NCBI GenBank assembly: GCA_030390025.1
Contig: CM059432.1
Location: 3,162,001 to 3,226,000, forward strand
Direction: 5' to 3'
DNA length: 64,000 bases
Source of the DNA: Squalus acanthias
Lineage: Eukaryota
Below, piece after piece: positions 1 through 12,957 of the stretch; the first letter of the stretch is position 1, and each line of letters begins with the position of its first letter. The translations under genes and the position numbers were made by a program. The notes beneath the pieces were generated by a model. That model worked only from the letters and a program-made list of their open reading frames with translations. It made no database searches and was not told where the DNA came from.

Positions 1-510
1 AGTCACGTGAATGTGTGCGGGGAGGGTGCGGGGGAGGGGGTAGTCACGGGAATGTGTGCGGGGAGGGGGTAGTCACGTGAATGTGTGCGGGGAGGGTGCG
101 GGGGAGGGGGGGTAGTCACGGGAATGTGTGCGGGGAGGGTGCGGGGGAGGGGGTAGTCACGGGAATGTGTGCGGGGAGGGGGTAGTCACGTGAATGTGTG
201 CGGGGAGGGTGCGGGGGAGGGGGTAGTCACGGGAATGTGTGCGGGGAGGGTGCGGGGGAGGGGGTAGTCACGGGAATGGGTGCGGGGAGGGGTGCAGGGG
301 AGGGGTAGTCACGGGAATGGGTGCGGGGAGGGGTAGTCACGGGAATGGGTGCGGGGAGGGGTGCAGGGGAGGGGTAGTCACGGGAATGTGTGCGGGGATG
401 GGTGTGGGGGAGGGGCAGTCACGGGAATGTGTGCGGGGATGGGTGTGGGGGAGGGGTAGTCACGGGAATGGGTGCGGGGATGGGTGTGGGGGAGGGGTAG
501 TCACGGGGTT
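1..510. repeat. G-rich minisatellite (core GGGTAGTCACGGGAATGTGTGCGGGGAG, variable ~29-45 bp units)
   Basis: Tandem recurrence of AGTCACG(G/T)GAATG(T/G)GTGCGGGGA; runs off the window start. Confidence 0.9.
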
Positions 511-519
511 GGGTGCGGG

Positions 520-706
520 CGAGGCGGGCGGGTGCGGGGGTGATCGGCGGCGGGCGGGTGCGGGGGTGATCGGTGGCGGGCGGGTGCGGGGGTGATCGGT
601 GGCGGGCGGGTGTGATCGGTGGCGGGTGGGTGCGGGGGTGATCGGTGGCGGGCGGGTGCGGGGGTGATCAGTGGCGGGTGGGTGCGGGGGTTATCGGTGG
701 CGGGCG
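520..706. repeat. G-rich ~26-bp tandem repeat (GATCGGTGGCGGGCGGGTGCGGGGGT)
   Basis: About 6-7 visible tandem units. Confidence 0.85.
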
Positions 707-1834
707 AGGAATCCGGCAAGTGCGGGGGATGGGACCCTGTGGGCGGGGCCTCATTCGGATAAATCAGTGCAGAATCCCGCTCGACTCTCGGCCGGATTGA
801 CTGCCTGGCCGGCGGACGGGGAACAAGAATTTAGCGGCCGGAGGGACGGGGGGGGGGGGCGGGGTGTGCACCTCGGGGACAGTCCTTGGCCGTCAGTGGG
901 TGGATAGGCGGTGGAGTCTGGGGGCGTGATCAGGAAGGCGGGGAGGGTGGGGGTGAAAGGTCATCATGATGACGCGACTTTTTGCATCTTAAGTGGGCCC
1001 CACCCCGCCTGATTTTAGCGGGAGCCTCATCCAGGGCCTGAATTATCAGCGTACCTGTTACAGTGGCTCGGAATGGGGTTGGGCTGCTCGATCCCGATAA
1101 TTTAACCTCTCACCCCCACCCCCGCCTCTGTCTCGCCCATTGTGGGAGGGAGGGTTAAAATCGAGGCCATTAGGTATACTATCGGATCTAACGGTCATTC
1201 AGTTTGAGAAGCAACCTGATGCGGCTGAGCTCTCGACAGTTTGTACTCCAAGTGGTATCTGTTTTATTTAGAACAAAACATTTGTGGATTTTTAGCCAGA
1301 TGGAGTTGTTTCAATCATTGCCTGTAATCCTGGGGAATGGGGCAGCTTCAGATAATGGGGCGTTCTCCATCAAATTGCTGTCAATCATTCTCTTGCCGCA
1401 TGCTCCTGGGAGACTCGGGGTTATTTATTGTCTACTGACAGGATCAGCCCCTGGGGGGGACATTTGACCAGTGGCAAAATAAGACACACAGTAGCACGCC
1501 AGAGTGTGAATGCTAAACTTCTCAATCTCACGCGTAGAAAAAAGTCACTGGGCGTCCTCTTGCTCCGGCCTTTCCGTCTTAATGGCAAGAGTCAGCAAGT
1601 GTTCGAGATTAGAAAACCGAATGCCAACTGTCCAGTTACAGGCTACATGACAAGAGAGCTGACAAATTAGTGGGCCTACTTGGTTATCAAAAACCTATCG
1701 ATCTGTGATTCAATAATTTTAAATCCGAGGTCGATAAGATTTTTGCTAGCCAACTGCGTAAGGTTAGTGAGTGAGTGAGCAAGAAGGTGGCAGGTGGGAT
1801 ATAATGTGGGGAAATGTAAGGTTATTCACTTTGA

Positions 1835-2297
1835 AAAGAAAGAAAGACTTGCGTTTATACAGCGCCTTTCACGACCACCGGATGTCTCAAAGCGCTTCAC
1901 GGCCAATGAAGTACTTTTTGAAGTGGAGTCACTGTTGTAATGTGGGAAACGCGGCAGCCAATTTGCGCACAGCAAGCTCCCACAAACAGCAATGTGATAA
2001 TGACCAGATCGTCTGTTTGAGAGATGTTGGTTGAGGGATAAATATTGGCTCCAGGACACTGGGGAGAACTCCCCTGCTCTTCTTCGAATAGTGGCCGTGG
2101 GATCTTTTACGTCCACCTGAGAGAGCAGACGGGGCCTCGGTTTAACGTCTCATCCGAAAGACGGCACCTCCGACAGTGCAGCACTCCCTCAGCACTGCAC
2201 TGGGAGTGTCAGCCTGGACTTTTAGTGCTCAAGTCTCTGGAGTGGGACTCGAAGCCACGACCTGATTTGGGGTGCTACCCACTGAGCCACGACTGAC
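1835..2297 (-). mobile_element. tRNA-derived Deu-domain SINE (SacSINE1/AmnSINE1-like)
   Basis: Reverse complement of the SINE at 5904-6362: tRNA head, Deu core GGAGGTGCCGTCTTTCGGATGAGACG...GAAGAAGAGCAGGGGAG, L2-like tail. Confidence 0.9.
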
Positions 2298-2830
2298 GCT
2301 GATTTACACAGTCCCAGTTTATTTTTTTTTGCTCCGATTCAATTCCCGCGGTTTAACGACTGGACTGATGCCATTTTCACGAGGGGGTGTCCATCAATTT
2401 CCAAAAGTCTTTGCTGATGGCCTCTAAAAGAGTGACTGTGCTTGACTCACCCACAGACCCTGTGAATGGCTGGAAGGGCACAATGGACCCTTTGTGGGTG
2501 GGAGAATTCATTCCGTTCAGAGTGCCAAGCTCTCCAACGAGCCCGGAAATCAAAAGAAGAGAGGAAGGAGATTGATTTCAATATAAGGACTGCAGCAGCA
2601 GAAGGTGGTTCCAACTGGGGGGGAGTGGGGGTGGGGGTGGAAATTAGACAATATCCCGTTTGTCCGTCGCCTCAGTTTGTAATGCAAAACTTTCGACAGA
2701 AGAAAATATCCCGTCCAAGCTTCTTAATTCATTTTTGTTAAAACACACACGACTGTCTCAGCTTTTTAAATGTACTTCAAATGTGCACGGTTACCACATG
2801 GCAGATCTTTCCTACACTTCATCTTATTTG

Positions 2831-3247
2831 ACTCCTCCTTGGAGCAGAGAAGGTTAAGGGGAGATTTAATAGAGGTGTTCAAAATGATGAGGGGGTTTTG
2901 ACAGAGTAGATAAGAGGAGAAACTGTTTCCAGTGGCAGGAGGGTCGGTAACCAGGGGACACAGATTTAAGACAATTGGTAAAAGAGCCAGAGGGGAGATG
3001 AGGAGAATTTTCTTTAACGCAGCGAGTTGTTGTGATCTGGAACGCGCTGCCTGAAAGGGCGGTGGAAGCAGATTCAATAGTGACTTTCAAAAGGGGAATT
3101 GGAATAAATACTTGAAGGGGGAAAATTTGCAGGGCTACGGGGAAAGAGCCAGGGGGGAGAGTGGGACTAATTGGAGAGCTCGGCCAAAGAGCCGGCACAG
3201 GCACGATGGGCCGAATGGCCTCCTTCTGTGCTGTGTCATTCTATGAC
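2831..3247 (+). mobile_element. CR1 LINE 3' fragment
   Basis: RT C-terminus remnant (LRGDLIEVFK) plus 3' tail GATGGGCCGAATGGCCTCCT. Confidence 0.85.
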
Positions 3248-3851
3248 TTAAAATTGCTGGAACTTTAGGACATGGGTTGAGACAAGTGCAAATAGACACT
3301 TGCGTCACACAGACTGATGCATTTTTTTGAATAATGGTTCCTTTTCCTTAGCTCGAGGCCCTTGGTTGGAAAATCAAAAAAATAAACAGAAGAAATTAAG
3401 CACAGCATTCTTCTGAGGCATGTGCCTGGGAACACTCGTGTTTCCCTGAGCTAAATTAAATGCAAAGCTTTCATTTATACCGGCCTTTATACGTTAGAAA
3501 AATAAGCAAAAAAAAAAAAAGCAGCGTGGGAAGACGCAGAAACAAAGTCCTTTCACATTCAGTCACAAAGTACTGCTGAGATCAGTTACCGTTTGATGCG
3601 AATATTAATGTGTTATAAATCAAGTCCAAGAAACAAAACGATACTGTGGGCTATTGGGTCCTGATAAAATCTCAGCCTGGTTTTTTTTTTGCAATTTGAG
3701 GAAATTGGATATCAAAAATTTTGGCCCACTTTCTGCCAATCTGAACAGTCTGCCCCGTGAAAAGCTGACAGAGAAATATTGCCACACAGTCTATAAAATC
3801 TGCCAGGATAGCTCGGCCGATCCGATCTAATCAGCAGTTAATCTGCTGCGC

Positions 3852-4110
3852 ATCCCCCGATTATAATCGCTCCAACATTGGCGGCCGTGTCTTCAGCTGC
3901 CTGGGCCCTGAGCTCTGAATTCCCTCCCTAAACCTCTCCGCCTCTCTCTCCTCCTTTAGGACGCTCCTTAAAACCTCCCTCTTGGACCAAGCACCTGCCC
4001 CAATATCTCCTCATGTGGCTCGGTGTCAAATTGTGTTTGATTACGCTCCTGTGAAGCGCCCTGGGACGTTTTACTGCGTTAAAGGCGCTATATAAATACA
4101 AGCTGTTGTT
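3852..4110 (+). mobile_element. L2-clade LINE 3' fragment
   Basis: GGCGGCCGTG(T/C)CTTCAGCTGCCTGGGCCC...AAAGGCGCTATATAAATACAAG tail shared with many copies in the window. Confidence 0.8.
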
Positions 4111-4399
4111 AGGAACGACTGGCCACCTTGAGAAAACCTTGTGATGTGTGCAGAATTTAGATCTGGTCAGAGTAGATTTAAAACAACTGCCCAGAATCTC
4201 TACTGTGCGTTTGTGCCTTTTGTGAAATGGGACTTTGATTGAAATGGAGCAACATTTACTGTCATGGAGGAGCAGCATTTAAAGTGAGCGCAAAGCTGCA
4301 AGAGTCAAATGAGGTGGATATCGCGCTGGAAGATATCGAGGCCAGTGATTGTGACCTTTTGGAAAAGCAGTGTCTGAGGAGACTGGGACTGAAAGAAAG

Positions 4400-5628
4400 A
4401 GGAAAGACGTGCATTTCTATAGCGCCTTTCACAACCTCAGGATGTCCCAAAGCGCTTACAGCCAATGACTTCTTTTGAAGTGTAGTCACTGTTGTAATGT
4501 AGGAAACACAGCAGCCAATTTGCACACAGCAAGATCCCACAAACAGCATTGTGATAATGACCAGATAAACTAATTTTATTGATGTTGGTTGAGGGATAAT
4601 TATTCCCCAGGACACTGGGGAGAACTCCACTGCTCTTCTTCGAATAGGTGCCGTGGGATCTTTTACACCCACCCAAGAGAGCAGACGGGGCCTCGGTTTA
4701 ACGCCTCATCCAAAAGCTGGCACCTCCGACAGTGCAGCACACCCTCAGCACTGCCCCTCCAAACTGCCCCTCCGACAGTGCAGCGCTCCCTCAGTACTGC
4801 CCCTCCAAACTGACCCTCCGACAGTGCAGGCACTCCCTCAGTACTGCCCCTCCGACAGTGCGGCGCTCCCTCAGTACTGCTCCTCAGACAGTGCGGCGCT
4901 CCCTCAGTACTGCCCCTCCAACAGTGCAGCACTCCCTCAGTACTGCCCCTCCGACAGTGCGGCGCTCCCTCAGTACTGCTCCTCAGACAGTGCGGCGCTC
5001 CCTCAGTACTGCCCCTCCGACAGTGCAGCACTCCCTCAGTACTGCCCCTCCGACAGTGCAGCGCTCCCTCAGTACTGCCCCTCCGACAGTGCGGCGCTCC
5101 CTCAGTACTGCCCCTCCGACAGTGCGGCGCTCCCTCAGTACTGCCCCTCCGACAGTGCGGCGCTCCCTCAGTACTGCCCCTCCGACAGTGCGGCTCTCCC
5201 TCAGTACTGCCCCTCCGACAGTGCGGCACTCCCTCAGTACCGCCTCTCCGACAGTGCGGCACTCCCTCAGTACTGCCCCTCAGACAGTGCGGCGCTCCCT
5301 CAGTACTGCCCCTCCGACAGTGCGGCACTCCCTCAGTACTGCCCCTCCGACAGTGCGGCACTCCCTCAGTACTGCCCCTCCGACAGTGCGGCACTCCCTC
5401 AGTACCGCCTCTCCGACAGTGCGGCACTCCCTCAGTACTGCCCCTCCGACAGTGCGGCGCTCCCTCAGTACTGCCCCTCCGACAGTGCGGCGCTCCCTCA
5501 GTACTGCCCCTCCGACAGTGCGGCGCTCCCTCAGTACTGACACTGGGAGGGTCAGCCTAATGCGTGCTAAAGTGGGACTTGAACCCACAATCTTCTGACT
5601 CGGAGACGAGAGTGCGAGCCGCTGACAC
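4400..5628 (-). mobile_element. Deu-domain SINE with internal minisatellite expansion
   Basis: SINE tail and body 4400-4740, tRNA head 5540-5628, separated by a tandem array. Confidence 0.85.
4726..5538. repeat. 33-bp minisatellite CCGACAGTGCGGCGCTCCCTCAGTACTGCCCCT (~24 units)
   Basis: Direct tandem units; 11-aa periodicity (SDSAALPQYCP) in the overlapping ORFs. Confidence 0.95.
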
Positions 5629-5903
5629 CGGGTGATCACTGAGGCCTGTGTGAAGTTGGCTCCGCCTGTGGATGGACGACTCTTTTCAATCAGTCCGTTG
5701 TGGCAAAAAGTCCCAGCCTGGCTGGAATTTTGCTACTCGCAGAGAACATAGGAGAAACCCTCAGGGCCCAAATTCCAATTGCATTCAGGATGTGCTGAGA
5801 CTCCGTGGTTGCCGGCTTCGTTTGATTGCACACCTGCCAAGTTTTTGGGGCGCCTTTTGGAGAAGAAATCTGATGGCCTGCATTAGTCACAAGGAGTTCC
5901 ATT

Positions 5904-6362
5904 CCGTGGCTCAGTGGGCCGCACTCTCGTCTCTGAGTCAGAAGGTTGTGGGTTCGAGCCCCACTCCAGAGACTTGAGCGCAAAAATCTAGGCTGACACT
6001 CCCAGTGCCAGTGCTGAGGGAGTGCTGCACTGTCAGAGGTGGCGTCTTTCGGATGAGACGTTAAACCGAGGCCCCGTCTGCTCTCTCAGGTGGACGTAAA
6101 AGATCCCACGGCCACTATTTCGAAGAAGAGCAGGGGAGTTCTCCCCGGTGTCCTGGGCCAATATTTATCCCTCAACCAACATCACTAAAACAGATTATCT
6201 GGTCATTATCACATTGCTGTTTGTGGGAGCTTGCTGTGCGCAAATTGGCTGCCGCGTTTCCTACATTACAACAGTGACTACACTTCAAAAATACTTCATT
6301 GGCTGCAAAGCGCTTTGGGACGTCCTGAGGTCATGAAAGGTGCGATAGAAGTGCCAGTCTTT
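5904..6362 (+). mobile_element. Full-length Deu-domain tRNA SINE
   Basis: Pol III A box TGGCTCAGTGG, B box GGTTCGAGCCC, Deu core, tail AAAGCGCTTTGGGACGTCCTGAGG. Confidence 0.92.
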
Positions 6363-6739
6363 ATTTATTTATTCACCAAGAGTCTTGGGACAGGAGAAAT
6401 GTCGAGAACATCCGGGTCACTTCCTACCTCAGGTTAGCATCATTTACTGGGAACAATGATCGGAGACCATCCATTGCACTTGTGGCAAATCTATCTGTTT
6501 TCTTTAAGACTGACTGTCAGTTTCTGTTACCACCGCAGTTTAATCAGTTCCACTGCGTTACGCCACATTAATCATTGTTCCCGTTTGCCTAAAAGGATCC
6601 TGTCCAGCTGACAGTGCCTGTGTAAACATTGGCTTTTTACAGAATAACACTCCTGGAGGTGGAGCTCAGTTTCCCCGGAGTTGGTTGCAAACTCGAGAAA
6701 TTCTCAAAATGCTCATCATTTTTAGACTTAACTCTTTGC

Positions 6740-6940
6740 GTGTCAGCTTGGCTCAGTCACGTCTGAGTCGGACGGTTGTGGATTGAAGTCCCACTCCAGA
6801 GACCTGAGCACAAAGAAATCTAGGCTCACGCTCCCGGTGCAGTGCTGAACTGTCGGGTGGTGCAGTCTTTTGGATGAGACGTTAAACTGAGTGCAGTGGG
6901 ACCTTTTACGTCCACCTGAGAGCGCAGACGGGGCCTCGAT
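6740..6940 (+). mobile_element. Decayed 5' part of Deu SINE
   Basis: TGGCTCAGT...AAGTCCCACTCCAGAGAC...GGATGAGACGTTAAAC, rearranged. Confidence 0.7.
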
Positions 6941-8347
6941 CTTGATCTATGCTTGAAAAGGAAAAATTTGCAGGGCTCACCACCACCTTCTCGAGGGGCA
7001 ACTAGGGATGGGCAATAAATGCCGGCCTTGCCAGCGACGCCCACATCCCATGAACGAATAAAAAAAAAGATGCCCCTTTGCTCTCGCTGCGGCGTTACCA
7101 GCTCGCACTTCCAGCAAGTTACAGGGCAGAGAGATTTTGAGCTGAAGGGTGTGACAAAAAGTCTAACTAACTGACGGGGGCACGCCACGAGATGCCCCGC
7201 TTCAGCAAGATATGGCCCAAGAGATACACAATATTAAATACTGCAGCATAATACTGGAACAAAACCCTTTTAAAATTCTTCAGTGATAATTTATTGTTGT
7301 TTCGTGTGACGGGAGAAGCTTACAATGAGACGTCTGGTTTGGCTCTCCATTCGCTGACCTCCTGAGATGCCGAGTGGAGAAATGAGGTGCCTCCAACGAC
7401 AGGTCTCAGTGGGCAGGTTGACGTGATGTGTTCCACGGTCTGGGACTCAAGCAGTCGTCCTTCATCTTCCACTTGTGGAGTGGGTGGCCGCATCGTCCCT
7501 GCCCTGTGCGGATTGGGTTGAGCGCCGTCCGCTGTCTCCGAGGGAGGTCGAAGCCAGGGACCTCCGCTGTTGGGTCAGCCATGAGGTGTTGGTGCCTAAG
7601 AGAAGAGGTTGGTTCTTCATGTTGCGTGCGTCATCCTTATGTCAAACGCACAAAGGAGGAGTGGACGAGGTTAATGTTATATATACAGATGCCCACACAC
7701 CCGGGAACATTGCTGCATCGCCAGAGGTTCCAGTGAGGGACCTTAAAGGGGACAGAAGCCAATGGCAGAGCGGCGTAAATCGACCAGTAAGTTCTGGAGA
7801 TTCGCAACTCACGGCGTACCTCTCCATCCCCTGATCTAGCTGGCCGATTTGCGCATTCATAACGGCATGCATCATTTCATCTTTCAGCAAGCGTACCGAA
7901 GATCTGAAATGAGGAGGCCATTTGCGCTCAACAGGCAAGGCAGGAGCGGCCAACAGCAGTCTTGGGAAACCTCGATTGTGGCAGCGAGGCATCTGTAGGC
8001 CTCCTAAGCCTCACTTTCGGATTTTCTCAACCATATGACCCCACTCGATTCCAGGCGAGAATGGTAGAGCAGAATCCTCCCTGTGTGTTGAAGGCCTGGA
8101 GTGGGACGGGAACCTACAACCTTCTGACTCAGAGGCGAGGGTTAGTGCCTCTGAGCCAAGCTGATGCTCAGAAGATAACATTGGATGAGAAAGGCCCTTT
8201 GTTCCACCTTAGTTTATCCACACAGAAAGACTCGCATTGCAGCATCCAATTGTTTATTGATTGACTGCAAGGTTTCCACCTCCACTACACTATCTGGAGG
8301 TCCTTTCGATCTATTGGTTACTCTTTAGGTGAAGAACTTCCATATAG

Positions 8348-8750
8348 AGAGGGTTGGTGAAGGTACTGCGGTAGATGTTGTATATATGGACTATCAAAAG
8401 GCATTTGAGAAAGTGCCACATAACAGACTTATTTGGAAAATAGAAACACATGGGATTGAAGGGACAGCGCTAACTTGGGTATGTAATTGGCTAAGGGATA
8501 GGTGACAGAGAGTAGTGGTGTACGGATGTTTTTCTGACTGAAGAGAAGTATACAGTGGGGTTCCCCAAGGAATCGGGTATGAGGACCATTGCTTTTCTTG
8601 TTATATATAAATGACCTGGGACTTGGGTATAGGGAGCACAATTTCGAAGTTTGTGGATGATACAAAACTTGGCAACGTAGTAAATAGTGAGCAGGATAGT
8701 AGCAGACTTCAGAAGGACATGGATAGACTGGTGAAATGGGCAGACGCATG
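8348..8750 (+). pseudogene. Decayed CR1 reverse transcriptase fragment
   Basis: Remnants of YMDYQKAFEKVPH, SGVPQG and SKFVDDTKLG motifs with frameshifts. Confidence 0.8.
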
Positions 8751-8789
8751 GCTGTCCTCGCCGGACTCCCACTTTGCACCCTTCGTAAA

Positions 8790-9275
8790 CTATGCTCACC
8801 CAAAACTCTGCTGCACTTATCCAACATCCCCTGTGCTCGCTGACCTACATCGGCTCCTGGTCCGGCTATGCCTCAATTTTATATTCTGATCCTTGTTTTC
8901 AAATCCCTCCATGGCCTCTCCCGCTCCCTATCTCTATCTCTATAATCCCCTCCAGCCCCACAACCCCTCTCAGATCTCTGCGCTCCTCCAGTTCTGGCCC
9001 CTTGAGCATCCCCGATTTTAATCGCTCCACCATTGGCGGCCGTGCCTTCAGCTGCCTGGGCCCTAAACTCTGGAATTCCCTCCCTGAACCTCTCCGCCTC
9101 TCTCTCCTCCTTTAAGACGCTCCTTAAAACCTCCCTCTTCGACCAAGCTTTTGGTCATCGGCCCTAATATCTGTTGTGTGCCTCGGTGTCAAATTTTGTC
9201 TGATAATCGCTCCTGTGAAGCACCCTGGGACGTTTTACTACGTTAAAGGCGCTATATAAAGACAAGTTGTTGTTG
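8790..9275 (+). mobile_element. L2 LINE 3' fragment
   Basis: ORFs encode SPVLADLH and RSTIGGRAFSCLGPKLWNSLP; ends in a (TTG)n tail. Confidence 0.88.
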
Positions 9276-9744
9276 TAATGGTTTGAACCTGTCTCTCTTT
9301 TTGTTTTCCTCTCACAACTTAGGTTAAAGTCATGATCTTTTCCCTACCATTTACAATCTTGCATACCTCTATAAGATCATCTCTCAAGGACCTGCGTTTC
9401 AGGGTGATGTGGCACAGTTTAAGGCCGTGGTCTCCACAAGGCATATCTTCCGAAGTAACGAAACAGAGGTCGAAACACATGAATGACTTTGAAGACTATT
9501 TTGTATTGTTAGCCTTGTTTATTGAAATGTCACCTTGCCGCCTGCTGTATGTCTTAACAATGAGTCAGCAGGCAATTTGCTGTGATCTGCAGATATACCT
9601 TACATGACTGGAACAATTACTCAGGCACTGATTGACACAGAGCAGAGAAAACAAACAGGTCTGTATCAAATTCCAGCTATTTACTTTGAAAAGAACTTGG
9701 TTTCAATTTGGACACAGTAATTCATTTTGGTGAAATGTTGAAAA

Positions 9745-11340
9745 TAAACAACAACAACAGCTTGTATTTCTCCAGTGCCTCTAACGTAGTAAAACGTCCC
9801 AAGGCGCTTCAGAGGAGCAGTTATCAGACAAAGATGAGACCGCGCCACAGAAGGAGGTACGAGGATGGGTGACGATAAGTCAAAGAGGTAGATTTTTAAG
9901 GAGCGCTTTAAAGGAGGGGAGAGAGGTCGAGTGCCGGAGTGGTTTAGGGAGGGAATGCCAGAGCTCAGGGCCCAGGCAGCTGAAGGCACGGCCGACAATG
10001 GTGGGGTGAAGGGAGTTGGGGGGGCGTGCACAAGAGGCCAGAATTGGAGGAATGCAAAAGATCTTGGAGGGTTGTGGGGCTGGAGGAGGTTACAGAGCTA
10101 GGGAGGGGGGCGAAGCCATGGAGGGATTTGAAAACAAGGATGAAAATTTTCAAATCGAGGCGATGCCGATCCAGGGGACTTGGTGCGAGTTAGGACGTGG
10201 GCAGTAGAGTTTTGGATGAGCCGAAGTTCATGGAGGATGGAAGATGGGAAGCCAGCCTGGAGAGCATTGGAATAGTCGAGTCTGGAGGCAATAAAAGCAT
10301 GAATGAGGGTTTCAGCAGCAGATAAGATGAGACCGGGGCGGAGATGGGCGATATTATTATAGAGGTGGAAAATGGCAGTCTTTGTGATGGAGAGGGTATA
10401 GGGTTGGACTCAGGGTCAAATAGGGCTGAGGTTGCAAGAAGTCTGGTTCAGCCTGAGGCAGTGACCAGGGAGAGGGATGGAATCAATGGCTAGGGAACGG
10501 ACTTTGTGTCAAGGACTGAAAGCGATGGGATTGGTCTTCCCAATGTTTAACTGGAGAAAATTGCGGCTCATCCTGGACTGGATGTCGGACACAGTCTGAC
10601 AACAAAGAGGCAGTGGAGGGGTCGAGAGAGGTGGGGGTGAGGTAGAGCTGGGTGTGGTCAGCGTACATGTGGAAACTGACGCTGTGTCTTCGGATGATGT
10701 CGCCGAGGGACAGCATGTAGATGGGAAATAGGAGGGGGGTCCAAGGATAGATCCTTGGGGGACACCAGAGGTAACGGTGTGGGAGCAGGAAGGGATAGGT
10801 AAGAGTGGAAACAGGCGCGGGCAGTCCCACCCAATTGGACAGCAGAGGAGAGGCGTCGGAGGAGGATGGAGTGGTCAACCGTGTCAAAGCCTGAAGACAG
10901 GTCGAGAAGGGTGAGGAGGGATAGTTTACCACTGTCCGTCATAGAGAATGTCATTTGTGACTTTGATTAGGGCCATTTTAGTGCTGTGGCAAGGGCGGAA
11001 ACCTGATTGGAGGGATTCAAACATGGAGTTGCGGTAAAGATGGGCCCAGATTTGGGAGGTGCCGGCACGTTCAAGTTTTTTGGATAGGAAAGGGAGGCTG
11101 CGTTCAAGTCTGCGATCCTTGGACGTAAGGGAGCGGAGATGGGAACTGTACCTGGGGGAACGACCAGGGTGGGAGGGAGTAAGGGGTTTACTGGGGACAG
11201 GAGCATCATCGGTGGAAGTGAGGGTCTGATTGAGCAGATCGATAGCTGCAGAAGTACCATTGCAAATGGAGGGCCAAAGGCTGTTGGGAATTTGGAAATT
11301 AAATAAAGGCTTTGCTGTGTGTAAACTATGTTCAAATACC
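9745..11340 (-). mobile_element. L2 LINE with fragmented RT
   Basis: Frameshifted pieces LPFLSKKLE, FESLQSGFRPCHST, LLDLSSGFDTVDHSILL, FHMYADHTQLY, then the L2 tail. Confidence 0.88.
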
Positions 11341-12278
11341 ACTTTTGTTTCGATGCCAGTTATTGCTGAGCTGCTCAGGTCGATAGGTTGGTGAAGTCGG
11401 GGAGCATCTGGTCATTTATTTCATTGCTGTTTGTGGGAGCTTGCTGTGCACAAACTGGCTGCCGCGTTTCCTACATTACAACAGTGACGACACTTCAAAA
11501 GGTACTTCATTGGCTGCAAAGCACTTTGGGACGTCCTGAGGTGGTGAAAAAGGTGCTATATAGAATGATATAGCACAGGAGGAGGCCATTCGGCCCATCG
11601 TGCCTGTGCTGGCTCTTTGAAAGAGCTCTCCGATTGGTCCCACTCCCCCCCACCCCCGCCCTTTACAGCCAAGTTGGAGGATTTTTCATTGTATTGATGG
11701 AGAGAGAGAAAGGGAGAGTGAGAAAGGGAGAGAGTGAGAGAGAAAGAAAGAGAGAAAGAAAGAAGAGAGAGAAAGAAAGAGAAAGTGAGTGAGAAAGAAA
11801 GATTGAAACAAAGATAGACGGATGTGCATTTATATAGCATCTTTCACGACCTCAGGAGATGTCCCAAAGCTGTAATTGGAAACAAATTTGCGCACAGCAA
11901 GGTCCCACAAACAGCAGCGTGATGATGGCCAGATAATCTGTTTTTTGTGGTGTTGGCTGCAGGGGCTTGTTGTGACGTCCCTTCATTCTTGTGCTAATCG
12001 GCTTTCAAGCAGATTCAGAGAACTCAGCAAAACAGTAAAAAAAATTACATTGTAGTTCATTGCAGCCGAACACCCAGTGCCCGCACAATCTCCATTACAG
12101 TTACAGTTCAGGATGTTTCCGAAGGCTGCCCCACCCCCCAACCCCCCACCTCCAAAGCAGGAGGTGTATTTTTAGGTTGTCACTGTCTGCTAGAAGCCTA
12201 AACACTGCTTATTCATCCACTTCACTTATTTAACAAGGCCCGCAGCATAACAAACTGAGCTGGGGCCTGATCTGATTT

Positions 12279-12703
12279 CATAGAAACATAGAAACATAGA
12301 ATCTAGGAGCAGGAGTAGGCCATTCGGCCCGTCGAGCCTGCTCCGCCATTCAATACGATCATGGCTGATCATCCAAATCCAGTACCCTGTCCCTGCTTTA
12401 ATCCCCACAGTACACATATCCCACCCTACCCCCGTAACCCCACGTATTTAATTCCCCCTAACATATCCCATCTCCATAACCCCACATATTTAATCCCCCC
12501 TAACACTAAGGGTCAATTTATCATAGCCAAATCAACCTAACCCACACATTTTTGGACTGTGGGAGGAAACCGGAGCACCCGGAGGAAACCCACGCAGACA
12601 CGGGGAGAATGTGCAAACTCCACACAGACAGTCACCCGAGGTCAGATTCGAACCCGGGTCTCTGGCGCTGTGAGGCACCAGTGCTAACCACTATGCCACC
12701 GTG
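12279..12703 (-). mobile_element. HE1-like V-SINE with CR1-derived tail
   Basis: tRNA head GGTGGCATAGTGGTTAGCAC...GGTTCGAATC, V domain TGTGTGGAGTTTGCACATTCTCCCCGTG, CR1 tail ending (TTTCTATG)n. Confidence 0.88.
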
Positions 12704-12957
12704 TTGTTGTGATCTGGAACGCGCTGCCCGAAAGGGCGGTGGAAGAAGATTCAATAGTAACTTTCAAAAGGGGAATTGGATAAATACTTGGAAAGGAGAA
12801 ATTTGCAGGGCTATGGGGAAAGAGCAGGGGGGGAGTGGGACTAATTGGAGAGCACGTTTCGCTTGGATTTAAGCTCCAGTCACAAGGCTTGTACGTGTGG
12901 GGGGGGAGCGGGGAGAAAAAAAATCAGAAAAATCAGGATATGTCTTTAACGTGCCAG

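Noticed and set aside
4653..5598. CRISPR-like array or repeat-protein ORFs
   Set aside because: Units are contiguous with no unique spacers and derive from the SINE; the ORFs are by-products of a stop-free 33-bp unit.
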